Assembly (NCBI GenBank): GCA_947444305.1
Contig: CANEZP010000020.1
Location: 6,703 to 70,702 of the forward strand
DNA from: Pseudobdellovibrionaceae bacterium
Lineage (GTDB): Bacteria > Bdellovibrionota > Bdellovibrionia > Bdellovibrionales > UBA1609
Length of the DNA: 64,000 bases
Reading direction: 5' to 3'
The stretch's first letter is position 1; each line of letters begins with the position of its first letter. Below the pieces are notes generated by a model, which saw only the letters and a program-made list of their open reading frames with translations, searched no databases and was not told the origin of the DNA. Positions 63,317 through 64,000 of this stretch are shown one piece after another. The translations under genes and the position numbers were made by a program.

Positions 63317-64000
63317 ATACCTCGCCGATTGCGGCGTGGCCTCTCGCCGGGGCGCCGACGAATTAATCACCGACGGCCAAGTTCAAGTAAACGGCAAGAC
63401 GGTCTACGAATTGGGTGTCCGCGTGGACCCCAGCATGGACCGCATCGTTTTGAACGGCAAACCGGTGCGCGCGCCGCTTGAACAAAAGATCTACGTCATC
63501 TTCCACAAACCCGAAAAAGTCTTAACCACCATGAGCGATCCCGAAGGCCGCCCCACGGTTGCCGACTTCATGGAGAAATTGCCCGTACGCGTGTTCCCCG
63601 TCGGTCGTCTGGATTGGGAAACCGAAGGTTTGCTCCTGCTTACGAACGACGGTGATTTTGCGCAAAAGGTTCAGCACCCTCGCGAAGAAATCCCGAAAAC
63701 TTACCTCGCCAAACTCGACGGCCAGCCCAGCGAAGTGCATCTACAAAAGCTATTGAGAGGCGTAACGATCCCCGGTGGCCGCGTAAAAGCTTTGCACGTC
63801 GAGCGCGTCCGCATCGGCGAATCGAAGCAGTACGACTGGGTCAAGATCGTGATCAACGAAGGTAAGAACCGTCAGGTTCGTTACATGTTCCAAAAGATCG
63901 GCTACGACGTTAAGAAACTCCGCCGCGTAGCGATCGGTCAGCTAACGTTGGGCTCATTACAAAAAGGCGACTACGCCTTCCTCGAAGCGTCGATGCTCGC
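63279..64000 (+). CDS. rluB: 23S rRNA pseudouridine synthase (RluB/RsuA family), 3'-truncated
   Basis: Not in the ORF track (no stop in window). Hand translation gives MALTKSGPIRLNKYLADCGVASRRGADELI (S4 domain), HKP, VGRLDWETEGLLLLTNDG, EGKNRQVR. Confidence 0.9.
   Translation, partial: MALTKSGPIRLNKYLADCGVASRRGADELITDGQVQVNGKTVYELGVRVDPSMDRIVLNGKPVRAPLEQKIYVIFHKPEKVLTTMSDPEGRPTVADFMEKLPVRVFPVGRLDWETEGLLLLTNDGDFAQKVQHPREEIPKTYLAKLDGQPSEVHLQKLLRGVTIPGGRVKALHVERVRIGESKQYDWVKIVINEGKNRQVRYMFQKIGYDVKKLRRVAIGQLTLGSLQKGDYAFLEASML

Overview
This is a chromosomal segment of a Bdellovibrionota-like predatory bacterium (inferred from a TIGR02147/DUF4423-like HTH gene, Cys-rich pilin-like genes and many small secreted proteins). 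The core is a minus-strand dcw cluster (rsmH-ftsL-ftsI-murE-murF-mraY-murD // ftsW-murG-murC-murB // ftsQ-ftsA-ftsZ-lpxH) that lacks mraZ and ddl. The cluster is split by two insertions: a lipoprotein Omp85/TamA + TamB pair, and an ~8.3 kb block (TMTC-like GT-C/TPR protein, HExxH protein, and a complete hybrid-kinase/Hpt/response-regulator phosphorelay beside two HPF/RaiA-like genes). The flanks carry dcp-nadK-recN, a pilin-like/SpeE-like operon, bcp, tdk-hpt, an MltD-like gene with dacB, an SBP-diguanylate cyclase-LspA/HAMP operon, a DnaQ-WYL fusion, motAB, phoD and a partial rluB. Notable unexplained signals: (1) a 30-bp-period array of palindromes that flips orientation mid-array, inserted in frame in a membrane protein gene (30479-30676); (2) a perfect 20-bp inverted repeat flanking 75 bp upstream of motAB; (3) a ~290-nt multi-hairpin intergenic ncRNA candidate; (4) twin Gln/Tyr/Cys-rich lipoproteins with matching sigma54-like promoters and a 19-bp-period palindromic element between them; (5) an in-frame TGA in the first gene. 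No rRNA, tRNA, CRISPR-Cas or transposase was seen. All calls are by eye from motifs; no database searches were run.
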